48,557 nt of DNA, from positions 1 through 48,557 of the forward strand of contig JAZBOZ010000310.1 in the NCBI GenBank assembly GCA_036351405.1, in the 5' to 3' direction. Made by a program: the position numbers and the translations under genes. How positions within the stretch are numbered: the first letter of the stretch is position 1; every line of letters begins with the position of its first letter. This stretch comes from Halieaceae bacterium. GTDB lineage: Bacteria > Pseudomonadota > Gammaproteobacteria > Pseudomonadales > Halieaceae. This document shows, piece after piece, positions 1 to 9,686 of the stretch. Under the pieces are notes generated by a model, which was not told the DNA's origin, did not search any database, and worked only from the letters and a program-made list of their open reading frames with translations.

Positions 1-2647
1 AGACGTAGGTGAGTCCCAAGCCATAGGTGCGTGGTTCAAGCAGGAACTGGTTGGTTCCCAATCCCGAGCTGGGGTCAATGCGGTACTGGCCCGTCACGAA
101 GTCGTCATTGGCCAGGTTGCGTCCCCACAACTCAACAAACCAGCGGTTGTCAGCAGCCGTGTAGCGCAGGGATGAATTCCACACATCCCATTCCTCAACC
201 GTATCGACAACACCGTTGAAGACACGCGAGTAGAATTCATCCTGCCAGTAGTAGTTGAGCTGGGCGGAGAATTCCGCGCCGCTGTCCAATGGCAGGGTAT
301 ATCGCGCGCCGAGATTGGCTGAAAACTCGGGCGAGCCGGGAATTTGATTGCCCGTCAGGTCGATCGGGATGCCGTCGCATCCGGGCAAGCCGCCGGCTTG
401 TGGAATGGGCACGGGATTGGGGCAGTCCGCGCCAAAGTAGACGTTGGCATTGCCAAGGCTTGCGACGCCTGTGGTGGGACCACGACCATCGTTCAGATAG
501 GTACTGCCGTTGGGATCGCCCGGGTCGATGCTGTCACCGCCGCCCAGCTCTGAATCCAGCCAGGACAGATTCGCGGTAAACAGCCAGTTTTCGTTGGCCG
601 CCCAGGCGAATTCGCCCTCGAACCCTTGGATGGTGGCATCGAAGTTCTCGTTGATCGACGTTTGGTTAACGATTTTGGAGACCTGCAAACCCTCGTAGTC
701 GTAGTAAAAATACGTCACGTTGGCTTGTAACGCGCCATCCAGCAAACGTGATTTCAGTCCGACTTCAAAGGCGTTGATAAATTCCGGCTCGAAGAAGGCG
801 CTGTTCGGATCAAGCTGCACCTGAATACTGTCACGAGAAATGGGGTTGAAACCGCCACTCTTGAAGCTACGCGACAGCTGTACATAGCTCATGACGTCTT
901 CACTAAAGTCATACTGGATATTGAGTCGCCCGGTGGGTTCCGAGTTACTCCATGAGAAAGCCTCGTAGCCATTGTTAGGGTCGCTCGGGAGGTCGAGGAA
1001 ATCCGCGTATATCGTGCGCTGATCGGCCTCTTTGGTCTCATCCGAATACCGCAACCCCAAGGTAACCAGCGTGCGCTCGTTCAGGTCGTAGTAGAGTTCG
1101 CCAAACACTGCCCAAGTTTCGAGCGTGAAATCGGACGTGTCGTTATCGTAACGTTGCAGTTCCAGGGGCAGGGTGGGGCCGCCAGCCAACGAGTTGATCT
1201 CGCCGTACAGATTGAGGCCAGAACTGAAGACGTAGTAGTTGGTATCGCCGGTGTAGCGCAGGTAGAAACCGCCGAGCATGAAGTTGAGATCACCGGCGAA
1301 ATCGGAATTGATGCGAATTTCCTGCACCCATTCATCGCCCGATGTTTGAGATAAATCCGAGGTGTAGTTGCGATCCGTTCGCAAAAGTCCCTGCGGACCG
1401 CGATCAACCAGGATGCCGCCACTCGCGCACTGACCAGCGACATCGCCGGGCACGCAGAAGAAGGGGTTGGGCGCCGCACCGTCAGGGATCCCATCACCAT
1501 TGGCATCGAACGGGAACGCGGGGATCTGGGTAATCGGCCAAACCTCGGATGCTTGCGTGAAGTCGTAATCGTTCACACCAGAGAAACTGGTGTCATGGTA
1601 TCCGGTTAGAGAGGTCAGGGTGAGGTCATCCATTTCATGGACGATCTCCAGGGTCACCACCGTGTCCTCCACCTGGTAGATCGGAGTGACGTCGAGATAC
1701 TGCCTTCGAGGGTCGTCGAAGGTGATTGAATTCGCATAATCGTCGGCCGGGAAGGGAATGCCTGTGCTCCCGCCGATCAAACCGGTCAGTGCGCCGGTAA
1801 TCGTCGACCCGCTGTGGGTGACGTCGTTGCCAATCGTGCCCGGCAGACAACCGAGAATCCCTGCGGGATCTTTGGTACATCTGCCATCACTGCCGCGCAT
1901 CCGCGAGTCATCTTCCTCAAGGTAATTGATCATGAGGTTGACTTCGGTGCTGTCATTAAACCAACGCGTGCTCGAGCGGATGCCGAACATCTCTCGATCA
2001 TCGACTTCAGTACCGTCGAATTCGTTGTCGACCTGACCGTCACGGCTGAACCAAAAACCCGCGAAACGTTGCTGCAAGTTATCGGTCAATGGAATGTTGA
2101 TATGACCGCGGGTACGGAAGTGATTGTAGTTGCCGTACTCCGCGTTGATCTGACCGCCCAGTTCATCCGTGGGCTTGGCGGTGATCATATTCAGCACGCC
2201 AGCGGTCGTATTGCGCCCATAGAGCGTGCCCTGCGGGCCTCGCAGTACCTCTACGCGCTCGACGTCGTACATTTCCATCTCGAACACGCGGGGCGCGTTC
2301 ATATACATACCGTTGATATGTACGCCGGTACCGCTGTCGCCCGCGGAGCCAACGGCGAGGTTACCAATGCCTCGAATTGAAATACTCGCGGTCGTAAAGT
2401 TGCCTTTCGACATCAACATGTTGGGCACGTTGAGCTGAAGGTCCAGCGGTCGGTCTACCAGCGAGCGTCGCAGGTCTGAGTTAGTGAATGCAGAAACCGC
2501 CACAGGCGTGTCCTGTAGCGTTGCTTCCTGTTTCTGAGCGGTAACGAGCACCTCTTCCAGCATGGCTTGCGCGAAGGATTGCTGGGATACAGCGAGGGCG
2601 AGTGCAGTTGCAGCGAACGGCACAGAGGCGTTACGAAGTCGGCGCAT
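1..2647 (-). CDS. TonB-dependent outer-membrane receptor (3' end runs just off the window edge)
   Basis: Hand-translated from ATG 2647 (SD AGAGG upstream) to position 2 with no in-frame stop. It has a signal peptide MRRLRNASVPFAATALALAVSQQSFA, a TonB box LEEVLVTAQK and a plug motif VERVEVLRGPQGTLYGRNTTAG. It ends in a C-terminal beta strand EPRTYGLGLTYV at the window edge. Not in the ORF track because the stop codon is outside the window. Confidence 0.95.
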   Translation of the reverse strand, partial: MRRLRNASVPFAATALALAVSQQSFAQAMLEEVLVTAQKQEATLQDTPVAVSAFTNSDLRRSLVDRPLDLQLNVPNMLMSKGNFTTASISIRGIGNLAVGSAGDSGTGVHINGMYMNAPRVFEMEMYDVERVEVLRGPQGTLYGRNTTAGVLNMITAKPTDELGGQINAEYGNYNHFRTRGHINIPLTDNLQQRFAGFWFSRDGQVDNEFDGTEVDDREMFGIRSSTRWFNDSTEVNLMINYLEEDDSRMRGSDGRCTKDPAGILGCLPGTIGNDVTHSGSTITGALTGLIGGSTGIPFPADDYANSITFDDPRRQYLDVTPIYQVEDTVVTLEIVHEMDDLTLTSLTGYHDTSFSGVNDYDFTQASEVWPITQIPAFPFDANGDGIPDGAAPNPFFCVPGDVAGQCASGGILVDRGPQGLLRTDRNYTSDLSQTSGDEWVQEIRINSDFAGDLNFMLGGFYLRYTGDTNYYVFSSGLNLYGEINSLAGGPTLPLELQRYDNDTSDFTLETWAVFGELYYDLNERTLVTLGLRYSDETKEADQRTIYADFLDLPSDPNNGYEAFSWSNSEPTGRLNIQYDFSEDVMSYVQLSRSFKSGGFNPISRDSIQVQLDPNSAFFEPEFINAFEVGLKSRLLDGALQANVTYFYYDYEGLQVSKIVNQTSINENFDATIQGFEGEFAWAANENWLFTANLSWLDSELGGGDSIDPGDPNGSTYLNDGRGPTTGVASLGNANVYFGADCPNPVPIPQAGGLPGCDGIPIDLTGNQIPGSPEFSANLGARYTLPLDSGAEFSAQLNYYWQDEFYSRVFNGVVDTVEEWDVWNSSLRYTAADNRWFVELWGRNLANDDFVTGQYRIDPSSGLGTNQFLLEPRTYGLGLTYV

Positions 2648-2714
2648 GGACGATACCTCTTCGATATGTTGATTGTTATTTTTTTTCAGGGACTCAACGA
2701 GTCCCTAGTCGTCC

Positions 2715-2743
2715 AAGCTAGCAGTGAAACCGGCGGGCGTCCA
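2715..2743 (-). promoter_or_regulatory. Putative sigma70 promoter for the TonB-dependent receptor
   Basis: Minus strand reads TGGACG-17 nt-TAGCTT with TGn immediately before the -10. The predicted start (~2706-2709) falls at the base of a leader hairpin. Confidence 0.45.
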
Positions 2744-2759
2744 GCGCCCATCCTCAGCG

Positions 2760-4880
2760 TTAACGTCGGCGCGGATTGCGCGGTAGTCCGTTGTGTTGTG
2801 TCGCGAAGGGCTTGCTGTGTTTGTCTCTCACCACGCGGTGCCGTTTCGGCGGCTGGCGACTGGGTACCAGATGCATCTTGCCATTGCCGATAAGATCCCT
2901 GCGGCCCATCTTTTTCAGCGTCTCCCGTAGCAGCGGCCAGTTGTCAGGGTCGTGGTAGCGAAGGAAGGCTTTGTGTAAACGACGCTGCTCCAGCTTGCGC
3001 ACGGCGGGCACGCGTTCACTGTTTCGTGTCACGCGTTTTAGCGGGTTCTTGCCCGTGTGATACATGGCAGTCGCTGTAGCCATCGGTGATGGATAGAACG
3101 TTTGCACCTGGTCAGCCCTGAACTTGTTGCGTTTGAGCCAGAGCGCGAGGTTCATCATATCCTCGTCGGTGGTGCCCGGGTGCGCCGCGATGAAATACGG
3201 GATCAAATACTGTTTTTTGCCTGCCTCGCGGCTGTATTTTTCAAACATCGCTTTGAAGCGGTCATAACTGCCGATGCCGGGCTTCATCATCTTTGACAAC
3301 GGCCCCATTTCGGTGTGTTCCGGGGCGATCTTCAGGTACCCGCCTACGTGATGCGTCACCAATTCTTTGACGTACTCGGGCGTCTCTACCGCGAGGTCGT
3401 AGCGCAATCCGGAAGCAATGAGGATTTTCTTGATGCCGGGGACATTGCGTGCGCGGCGATAGAGATGAACGAGCGGTGTTTGGTCGGTGTTCAGGTTTTT
3501 GCAAATGCCCGGATAGACGCAGCTGAGTTTGCGGCACTTGGCTTCTATCTCTCGGCTTTTGCACGCCACCCGCCACATGTTGGCCGTCGGGCCACCTAGA
3601 TCAGAGATTACCCCCGTGAAAGCAGGACTGGTGTCACGGATTTTTTCGATCTCGCGGATGATCGAATCCTCCGAGCGATTCTGAATAATGCGCCCCTCAT
3701 GCTCGGTGATGGAGCAAAACGTGCAGCCACCGAAACAGCCGCGCATGATGTTGACGGAATGCTGAATCATCTCGAAAGCCGGGATTTTTGCATCCCCATA
3801 GCTGGGGTGAGGTCTGCGCGTGTAGGGCAGTTCGAACACGCCATCGAGCTCATCGGTCTCCAAAGGAATGGGCGGCGGGTTGAGCCAAACGTCGCGATCC
3901 CCGTGCCGTTGCAGCAGCGGCATTGCGTTGTGGGGGTTGGTCTCTTTGTGCAATACGCGAGACGCGTGTGCGTACAGCACGGGATCGTCGCAAACGGCCT
4001 CGAAAGAAGGCAGTCTGATAATGGTTTTGGTCGGGTCGCTCGCCGCCATCAGGCGCACGGGCTCATGGTTCTGCACACCCGCAGCGTTGGCTTTCTCAGC
4101 TTCGTCGCACTTGGCCGGTTCCATGCCTTCGTAAGGATTGGCATGAGCCTCAACCGCGCCCGGCTCATCGACTGTGGTCGAGTCCACGACACGCCAGCCG
4201 TCGGGCACTTCGGTCGCGACAAAGGCAGTGCCGCGAACGTCGCGGATTGAATCAATGGATTCACCTTCGGCAATTCGATGCGCGATGTCGGCGATTGCGC
4301 GCTCGGCGTTGCCGTAAACCAATAGGTCGGCGCCACTGTCCAAAAGCACCGAGCGGCGTACCTTTTCGCTCCAATAGTCGTAGTGCGCAATACGGCGCAG
4401 GCTCGCCTCAATGCCCCCGATCACGATAGGCACATCGCGGAAAGCCTCGCGCGCCCGGTGGCTGTATACCGTGACCGCGCGATCCGGTCGCTTACCTGCA
4501 ATATCGCCCGCGGTGTACGCATCATCATTGCGTCGTTTTCGGTCCGCGGTGTAGTGATTGATCATGGAATCCATGTTCCCGGCTGCGATGCCGAAAAACA
4601 GATTGGGTTTGCCAAGCGCGCGAAACGCGTCCGGCGAGGTCCAGTCGGGCTGCGCAATGATGCCGACGCGAAACCCCTGCGCCTCGAGACCACGACCGAT
4701 AACGGCCATACCAAAACTGGGATGATCCACGTAGGCATCACCAGTGATGATAATGATGTCGCAGCTGTCCCAGCCCAGTGCGTCCATTTCTTCGCGGGAC
4801 ATCGGCAAGTAGGGCGCAGGGCCCAGACATTCAGCCCAGTACTTGCGATAGCTGAATAGGTGTTTGGCGGGCGCATTCAT
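2760..4880 (-). CDS. ygiQ: YgiQ-family (UPF0313) radical SAM protein
   Basis: 706 aa. N-terminus [33 protein letters not shown], CxxxCxxC motif GCFGGCTFC, plus [12 protein letters not shown]-like and YLKIAPEH motifs typical of YgiQ. Confidence 0.92.
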   Translation of the reverse strand: MNAPAKHLFSYRKYWAECLGPAPYLPMSREEMDALGWDSCDIIIITGDAYVDHPSFGMAVIGRGLEAQGFRVGIIAQPDWTSPDAFRALGKPNLFFGIAAGNMDSMINHYTADRKRRNDDAYTAGDIAGKRPDRAVTVYSHRAREAFRDVPIVIGGIEASLRRIAHYDYWSEKVRRSVLLDSGADLLVYGNAERAIADIAHRIAEGESIDSIRDVRGTAFVATEVPDGWRVVDSTTVDEPGAVEAHANPYEGMEPAKCDEAEKANAAGVQNHEPVRLMAASDPTKTIIRLPSFEAVCDDPVLYAHASRVLHKETNPHNAMPLLQRHGDRDVWLNPPPIPLETDELDGVFELPYTRRPHPSYGDAKIPAFEMIQHSVNIMRGCFGGCTFCSITEHEGRIIQNRSEDSIIREIEKIRDTSPAFTGVISDLGGPTANMWRVACKSREIEAKCRKLSCVYPGICKNLNTDQTPLVHLYRRARNVPGIKKILIASGLRYDLAVETPEYVKELVTHHVGGYLKIAPEHTEMGPLSKMMKPGIGSYDRFKAMFEKYSREAGKKQYLIPYFIAAHPGTTDEDMMNLALWLKRNKFRADQVQTFYPSPMATATAMYHTGKNPLKRVTRNSERVPAVRKLEQRRLHKAFLRYHDPDNWPLLRETLKKMGRRDLIGNGKMHLVPSRQPPKRHRVVRDKHSKPFATQHNGLPRNPRRR

Positions 4881-5779
4881 TGCAGCAGATTCTCTCGGGT
4901 ATGCGTTCTCTGGTTGCTTTCGTCAGCGGCTGCGCGCACTTCTTCGGGAACATCGAGGTGCGAGCCACAGTATTTGCAATACTCTGCATCAACAGCGTGG
5001 CCACCACTGGCACAAACAGGACAGTTCCACGCCAGAGTCTCTCGACCTTTTTTTCGACTGAGTCTGTCCCACAATTTGGTTGTCACGATCGCGGTGGGGA
5101 CAGCGAGGATAGAGTACCCCACAAGCATACCAGCTGCGGCAATAGCGCGCCCCAGGCCTGTTTGGGGAACAATGTCACCGTAACCGACGGTGGTAATCGT
5201 CACCATCGCCCAGTACATGCTCATCGGGATACTCGTGAAGCCGTGCTCAGGACCCTCGAGCACGTACATCAAACAACCAAAGATGACGATGACTATCAGG
5301 ACGACCGTCGCAAAGACGATAATCGAATGCAGGGTACTGCGCAGCACTTTGAGGATGTCCAGAAACTCATCGAACAAAACGAAAAGTCTCAGGACTCTGA
5401 AAACCCTCAGCATTCGCAGCAGACGGATGGTCAGTAAGGGAGTGGCCGAGGGCAATAGCAACGCGATGTAAGTGGGCAGTATTGCCAGTAGATCAACAAT
5501 GCCCCAGAAGCTCGTGATGTATACCAGTCGATCCCGCACGCACCAGATGCGGATCAGATACTCGGCGGTGAACAGCAGCGTAAACATCACCTCGATCTTG
5601 TAGAGGGCATCGCCATAGGCCAGGTGATAGCTGCTGACTGAATCGATCATCACCACACCAACGCTCACCATGATGGCGACCAGCAGCAGTACATCGAAGG
5701 CTCTACCCGCTGGGGTACCCGTACCAAAAATGATGAGCTCTACACGGGCGCGGAAATTCATGTCCTGATCGTCGGTCAT
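4877..5779 (-). CDS. Voltage-gated-type potassium channel (6TM ion transporter) with C-terminal Cys4 ribbon
   Basis: Selectivity filter [10 protein letters not shown]4-like [17 protein letters not shown]-terminal CPVC...CKYC. ATGA overlaps with both neighbours. Confidence 0.9.
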   Translation of the reverse strand: MTDDQDMNFRARVELIIFGTGTPAGRAFDVLLLVAIMVSVGVVMIDSVSSYHLAYGDALYKIEVMFTLLFTAEYLIRIWCVRDRLVYITSFWGIVDLLAILPTYIALLLPSATPLLTIRLLRMLRVFRVLRLFVLFDEFLDILKVLRSTLHSIIVFATVVLIVIVIFGCLMYVLEGPEHGFTSIPMSMYWAMVTITTVGYGDIVPQTGLGRAIAAAGMLVGYSILAVPTAIVTTKLWDRLSRKKGRETLAWNCPVCASGGHAVDAEYCKYCGSHLDVPEEVRAAADESNQRTHTRENLLQ

Positions 5780-6438
5780 TCTGCAACCTCAGCCGCCAGC
5801 AGCGGCCTCAGATCCGACCAAACGTTTTCCAGTAGCGCAGGTTGCGCCTCTGCGGTGGGGTGGATGCCATCCGCTTGCATTAAACTGGCGTCGATGGCGA
5901 CGCCTTCAAGCATGAATCCACCGAGCTTCGCGCCGGTGTTCGCGGCAACCTGTTGAAAGCTTTCGCGAAACATTTGCGTGTAGCGAGGACCAAAATTGGG
6001 CGGGATTTCCATCGGCAGCAGCAGCGAGCTTGCACCCGCCGCGCTCGACAGGCTCACTAGCTGCTCAAGATTGCTCCGCAATTGATCAATGGGGTAGCCT
6101 CGCAGTCCATCGTTGCCGCCAAGTTCAATAATCACGACCGACGGCCTATGTTGATCGAGCAGCCTCGGCAGGCGACTCAGGCCGCCTGCGGTTGTTTCGC
6201 CGGAGATGCTGGCGTTGACGACCGCCCAAGAGGTCTCATCGCGGGCCAGCCGGTCGGTGAGTAGCTGTACCCAGCCCTGCTGTAGATCCATGCCATAGGC
6301 GGCGCTGATGCTATCGCCCAACACCAGTATCGTTCGGGAGTGGGGCGCTTCTCCGGCCAGACTGTGGTTGGCCATGAGCAGTACACACAATCCGCCGATG
6401 AAAACGGTGCGTAATAGCCGCCGGAGGTAACACTGCAT
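5776..6438 (-). CDS. tesA: SGNH/GDSL arylesterase / acyl-CoA thioesterase I (TesA-like), exported
   Basis: Blocks LGDSIS, NASISGETT, ELGGNDGLRG, DGIHP and an N-terminal signal peptide. Start is ATG 6438 or TTG 6444 (SD GAGGAG at 6455-6460). Confidence 0.9.
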   Translation of the reverse strand: MQCYLRRLLRTVFIGGLCVLLMANHSLAGEAPHSRTILVLGDSISAAYGMDLQQGWVQLLTDRLARDETSWAVVNASISGETTAGGLSRLPRLLDQHRPSVVIIELGGNDGLRGYPIDQLRSNLEQLVSLSSAAGASSLLLPMEIPPNFGPRYTQMFRESFQQVAANTGAKLGGFMLEGVAIDASLMQADGIHPTAEAQPALLENVWSDLRPLLAAEVAE

Positions 6439-7099
6439 GATCAAAGCTCAGAATCTCCTCAAAACCGTGCCAGTTGCCGGTGGAGGGCTCGAAATCCTGC
6501 GAGGCATAGACCTCGAAATCAAGCCCGGTGAGACCGCTGCCATCGTCGGCGTCTCGGGTTCCGGTAAGTCTACCTTGTTAGGGCTGCTGGCTGGACTCGA
6601 TGTGGCGACGGGTGGCGAGGTGTTGATCGATGGGGTTGCCCTCAGCAATTTGGACGAAGACGCCCGAGCGGCACTGCGTGCGCAAAAAGTGGGTTTCGTC
6701 TTTCAGTCGTTTCAGCTGCTGCCAGCCCTGACGGCCCTCGAAAATGTCATGCTGCCTATGGAATTGGCTGGCCGAGGTGCACCCGAGCAGCAGGCGAGGG
6801 TATTTCTCGAACGGGTCGGTCTCGCGGAACGTTGTGATCACTATCCGACGATGTTGTCTGGTGGTGAGCAACAACGGGTGGCCATAGCACGCGCCTTTGC
6901 TGCTCAACCGGCGATTCTCTTTGCCGACGAGCCCACCGGGAATCTCGATGGCGCTACCGGCGCGAAAATCATTGATTTGTTGTTTGAGCTCAATGCCACC
7001 GAGGGCACTACCTTGGTACTGGTCACCCACGACGATCGACTGGCTGCGCGCTGCGGCCGTCGCTTCCGTATGGAAGATGGCCGGTTGGAAGTCATCTGA
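6437..7099 (+). CDS. ybbA: ABC transporter ATP-binding protein, YbbA/LolD-like
   Basis: Walker A GVSGSGKST, signature LSGGEQQR, Walker B ILFADEPTGNLD. Divergent from tesA as in E. coli. SD GGAGGT at 6423-6428. Confidence 0.88.
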   Translation: MIKAQNLLKTVPVAGGGLEILRGIDLEIKPGETAAIVGVSGSGKSTLLGLLAGLDVATGGEVLIDGVALSNLDEDARAALRAQKVGFVFQSFQLLPALTALENVMLPMELAGRGAPEQQARVFLERVGLAERCDHYPTMLSGGEQQRVAIARAFAAQPAILFADEPTGNLDGATGAKIIDLLFELNATEGTTLVLVTHDDRLAARCGRRFRMEDGRLEVI

Positions 7100-9591
7100 T
7101 GGCGGCATTCGGTACGTTAGTCTCTGCGCGGAAACTGCTGGTCAGGGACTGGCGCGGCGGGGAGCTGGGCATACTGCTGGCTGCGATCGTGCTCGCGGTG
7201 GCTGTGGTCGTTGGCATCAGCGTTTTTGTGGCCAGGCTGCAGTCCGCATTGGAGAGTGAGAGCACGCGTTTTTTAGCCGCCGACATGGCCCTATCGAGCC
7301 GCCAGGCGCCGCCAGTGGAATGGTCTCGGCTGGCCCAATCACTCAATCTGTCAACCGCAAACACCGTGGCATTCACGTCGATGGCTTACACCGAGGGTGA
7401 TGCCATGGCACTGGCCTCGGTGAAGGCGGTGAGCGCTGAGTACCCTTTGCGTGGAGAGTTGTTGGCCAGCGTGGAGCCCTATGGTCCAATCGATACTCAA
7501 GCCGGAGTACCTAAGGCCGGCGAGGCATGGCTCGATCCTCGACTCTTCACGCTGCTGGAGGTCGGGCTGGGGGATACGGTCTATGTGGGCGAGAAGGCCC
7601 TTGAGGTCACTGGCGCCATTCGCGGTGAACCCGACGCAACGCGCAGTGTTTTCGGGCTGGGGCCGCGCCTGATGATGAATACGGCGGATATCGGGGCAAC
7701 CGGCATTATCCAGCCGGGCAGCCGGGTCAATTTCCGACTGTTGCTCCGTGGTGAGAGCGACGCGCTGCAGGCGTTCGAAGACGAGGTCGCGCCAACGCTC
7801 ATTCAAGGGCAGCAATTGCTCACCATTGAAGACAGCCAGCCGCGCATTGGCAGAACGCTGGACAGGGCTCGTGGGTTTTTGCTGTTGGCCGGCAGTCTCG
7901 GCGTCGTGCTCGCCGCTGCTGCCGTCGCGCTGGCGGCTCGACGATTCAGTGACAGACATACCGACTATGTGGCTGTTATGAAAAGTTTGGGCGCGTCATC
8001 GCAGCAAGTAGGTGCGCTGTATGGGAGCAGTCTCGCGGCATTGGGCGTGATCGCCACCGTGTTCGGCTGTGCTGCAGGTTGGGGTATTCAGGCGCTGTTT
8101 TTCAACGTCTTCGCGGATCAGGTGCCCATCGCGCCCGGCACGAGTGGTATCACACCCTACGGGATTGGCGCGGCCACCGCACTGGTGTGCCTGCTCATGT
8201 TTGCGTGGCCGCCACTGCGGCGGCTTGCCGTCGTTCCTCCTTTGCGCGTACTCCGCCGGGATCTCGAGCCGGGTGATGCCCAGCGACCGATTGATTATGC
8301 GTTGGGGGCGGCTGCCATCGCCGGGCTCATGTGGTGGTACAGCGGTGACTTGCGGATGACGGGTGGTTTGTTGGCAGGGTTGTCGGTAACGGTCGGGCTT
8401 GGCTATTTGGCTGCGAGAACATTGCTTGCTGGGGGGCGGCGTGTCGGTGCGCAGGCGGGCTCGGTTTGGCGACTTGCAATGGCGGGACTCCAACGCCGTG
8501 GTAGTGCCAATGCGCTGCAAATGACAATTTTTGCGATCGCCATCATGTTGCTGCTCCTATTGATCATGGTGAGAACTTCACTGGTCGAACAGTGGGCTGC
8601 ACAGCTACCGGAAGGCACGCCCAACCACTTCATGGTGAACATTGCCCCGGAGGAAAGAGAGCCGCTGGCAGCGTTTTTGGCGGAACGCGGGATTGCGCGG
8701 GAGCGCCTCTATCCGATGACTCGCGGCCGGGTCATGGCAGTCAACGGCACTGAGCTTGCTGATAGCGGCGGTGAAGATGCCGAGGGACCACGTCAGCGTG
8801 AGGCCAACTTCACCTGGTCCGCAGAGCCGCCCGACGGCAATGTTTTGCTCGAAGGCGCATGGTGGGACGCGGGCACCGATGAAGCGCTGGTCTCTCTGGA
8901 GCAAGGATTCGCTGAACGCGTTGGTGCCAAAGTGGGCGACATGCTGACTCTGCGGATTGGCGCTGACGAGTTTAGTGCCCAGGTTGGCAGTATTCGCGAG
9001 GTTGACTGGCAATCGCTACAGCCAAATTTCTTTGTGGTCTTCCCGCAGCGCACCTTGGAGACCTATCCCAGCACGTACATGACGAGTTTCTTTTTGCCAC
9101 CTGAGCAAAAAGCAACGCTGAATCAACTGATCAGGCAGTACCCGACGGTATCAGTCATTGAGTTGGACGTCGTGATTCGGGAGATTCAGGGAATCATCGG
9201 TCGGGTCGGACAAGCCATTGAGCTGGTGCTTCTCGTCATATTGCTGGCAGGCTCGCTGGTGCTGGTGGCTGGCGTTCAGGCCAGTGTCGACGTCCGGTTG
9301 CGCGAATCGGCGCTGTTGCGCGCCCTCGGTGCGCGGTCTACACGGCTCGTAGGCGCACTGTGGATCGAGTTCACGACCCTCGGGTGCCTTGCCGGCTTGC
9401 TGGCGGTAGTGGGTGCAGAGGCCGCTGCCTGGCTGTTGCAAACTCAGGCTCTGGATTTGGCGTATCAGCCGAACCCCATACTCTGGCCCGCGGGTGTTTT
9501 GGTGGGTGGTTTGACCGTGGGCGTACTCGGTGTGCTGGCCTGTCGTCGAGCGGTTCAGGCGCCGCCGCTGACCGTGCTCCGAGACTTGTGA
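7099..9591 (+). CDS. ybbP: ABC transporter permease, YbbP-like (duplicated FtsX/MacB-type domains)
   Basis: 830 aa with RDWRGGEL, YPLRGEL, PNHFMVNI and VDWQSLQPNFFVVF motifs and two TM clusters. TGATG overlap with ybbA. Confidence 0.88.
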   Translation: MAAFGTLVSARKLLVRDWRGGELGILLAAIVLAVAVVVGISVFVARLQSALESESTRFLAADMALSSRQAPPVEWSRLAQSLNLSTANTVAFTSMAYTEGDAMALASVKAVSAEYPLRGELLASVEPYGPIDTQAGVPKAGEAWLDPRLFTLLEVGLGDTVYVGEKALEVTGAIRGEPDATRSVFGLGPRLMMNTADIGATGIIQPGSRVNFRLLLRGESDALQAFEDEVAPTLIQGQQLLTIEDSQPRIGRTLDRARGFLLLAGSLGVVLAAAAVALAARRFSDRHTDYVAVMKSLGASSQQVGALYGSSLAALGVIATVFGCAAGWGIQALFFNVFADQVPIAPGTSGITPYGIGAATALVCLLMFAWPPLRRLAVVPPLRVLRRDLEPGDAQRPIDYALGAAAIAGLMWWYSGDLRMTGGLLAGLSVTVGLGYLAARTLLAGGRRVGAQAGSVWRLAMAGLQRRGSANALQMTIFAIAIMLLLLLIMVRTSLVEQWAAQLPEGTPNHFMVNIAPEEREPLAAFLAERGIARERLYPMTRGRVMAVNGTELADSGGEDAEGPRQREANFTWSAEPPDGNVLLEGAWWDAGTDEALVSLEQGFAERVGAKVGDMLTLRIGADEFSAQVGSIREVDWQSLQPNFFVVFPQRTLETYPSTYMTSFFLPPEQKATLNQLIRQYPTVSVIELDVVIREIQGIIGRVGQAIELVLLVILLAGSLVLVAGVQASVDVRLRESALLRALGARSTRLVGALWIEFTTLGCLAGLLAVVGAEAAAWLLQTQALDLAYQPNPILWPAGVLVGGLTVGVLGVLACRRAVQAPPLTVLRDL

Positions 9592-9602
9592 TGAAAAATC
9601 GT

Positions 9603-9671
9603 AAGAAAAAAGCCAGCAGACCTTTTGGAGTCAGCTGGCTTATTCGGAGGCCCGGCACTCGCATGCCGGGC
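9603..9671. terminator. Terminator region between convergent ybbP and mdh (two hairpins)
   Basis: Stem AAGCCAGC...GCTGGCTT (9610-9641) is preceded by an A-tract, giving a U-tract on the minus strand (mdh terminator). A second hairpin GCCCGGCA-ctcgca-TGCCGGGC lies at 9650-9671. Confidence 0.7.
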
Positions 9672-9686
9672 GCAGCTCAGGCTTGA

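Noticed and set aside
31-2438. Numerous short ORFs at the left end suggesting a fragmented or accessory region
   Set aside because: All overlap one intact TonB-dependent receptor frame on the minus strand. Manual translation showed no stops or frameshifts, so there is no pseudogene or recoding.
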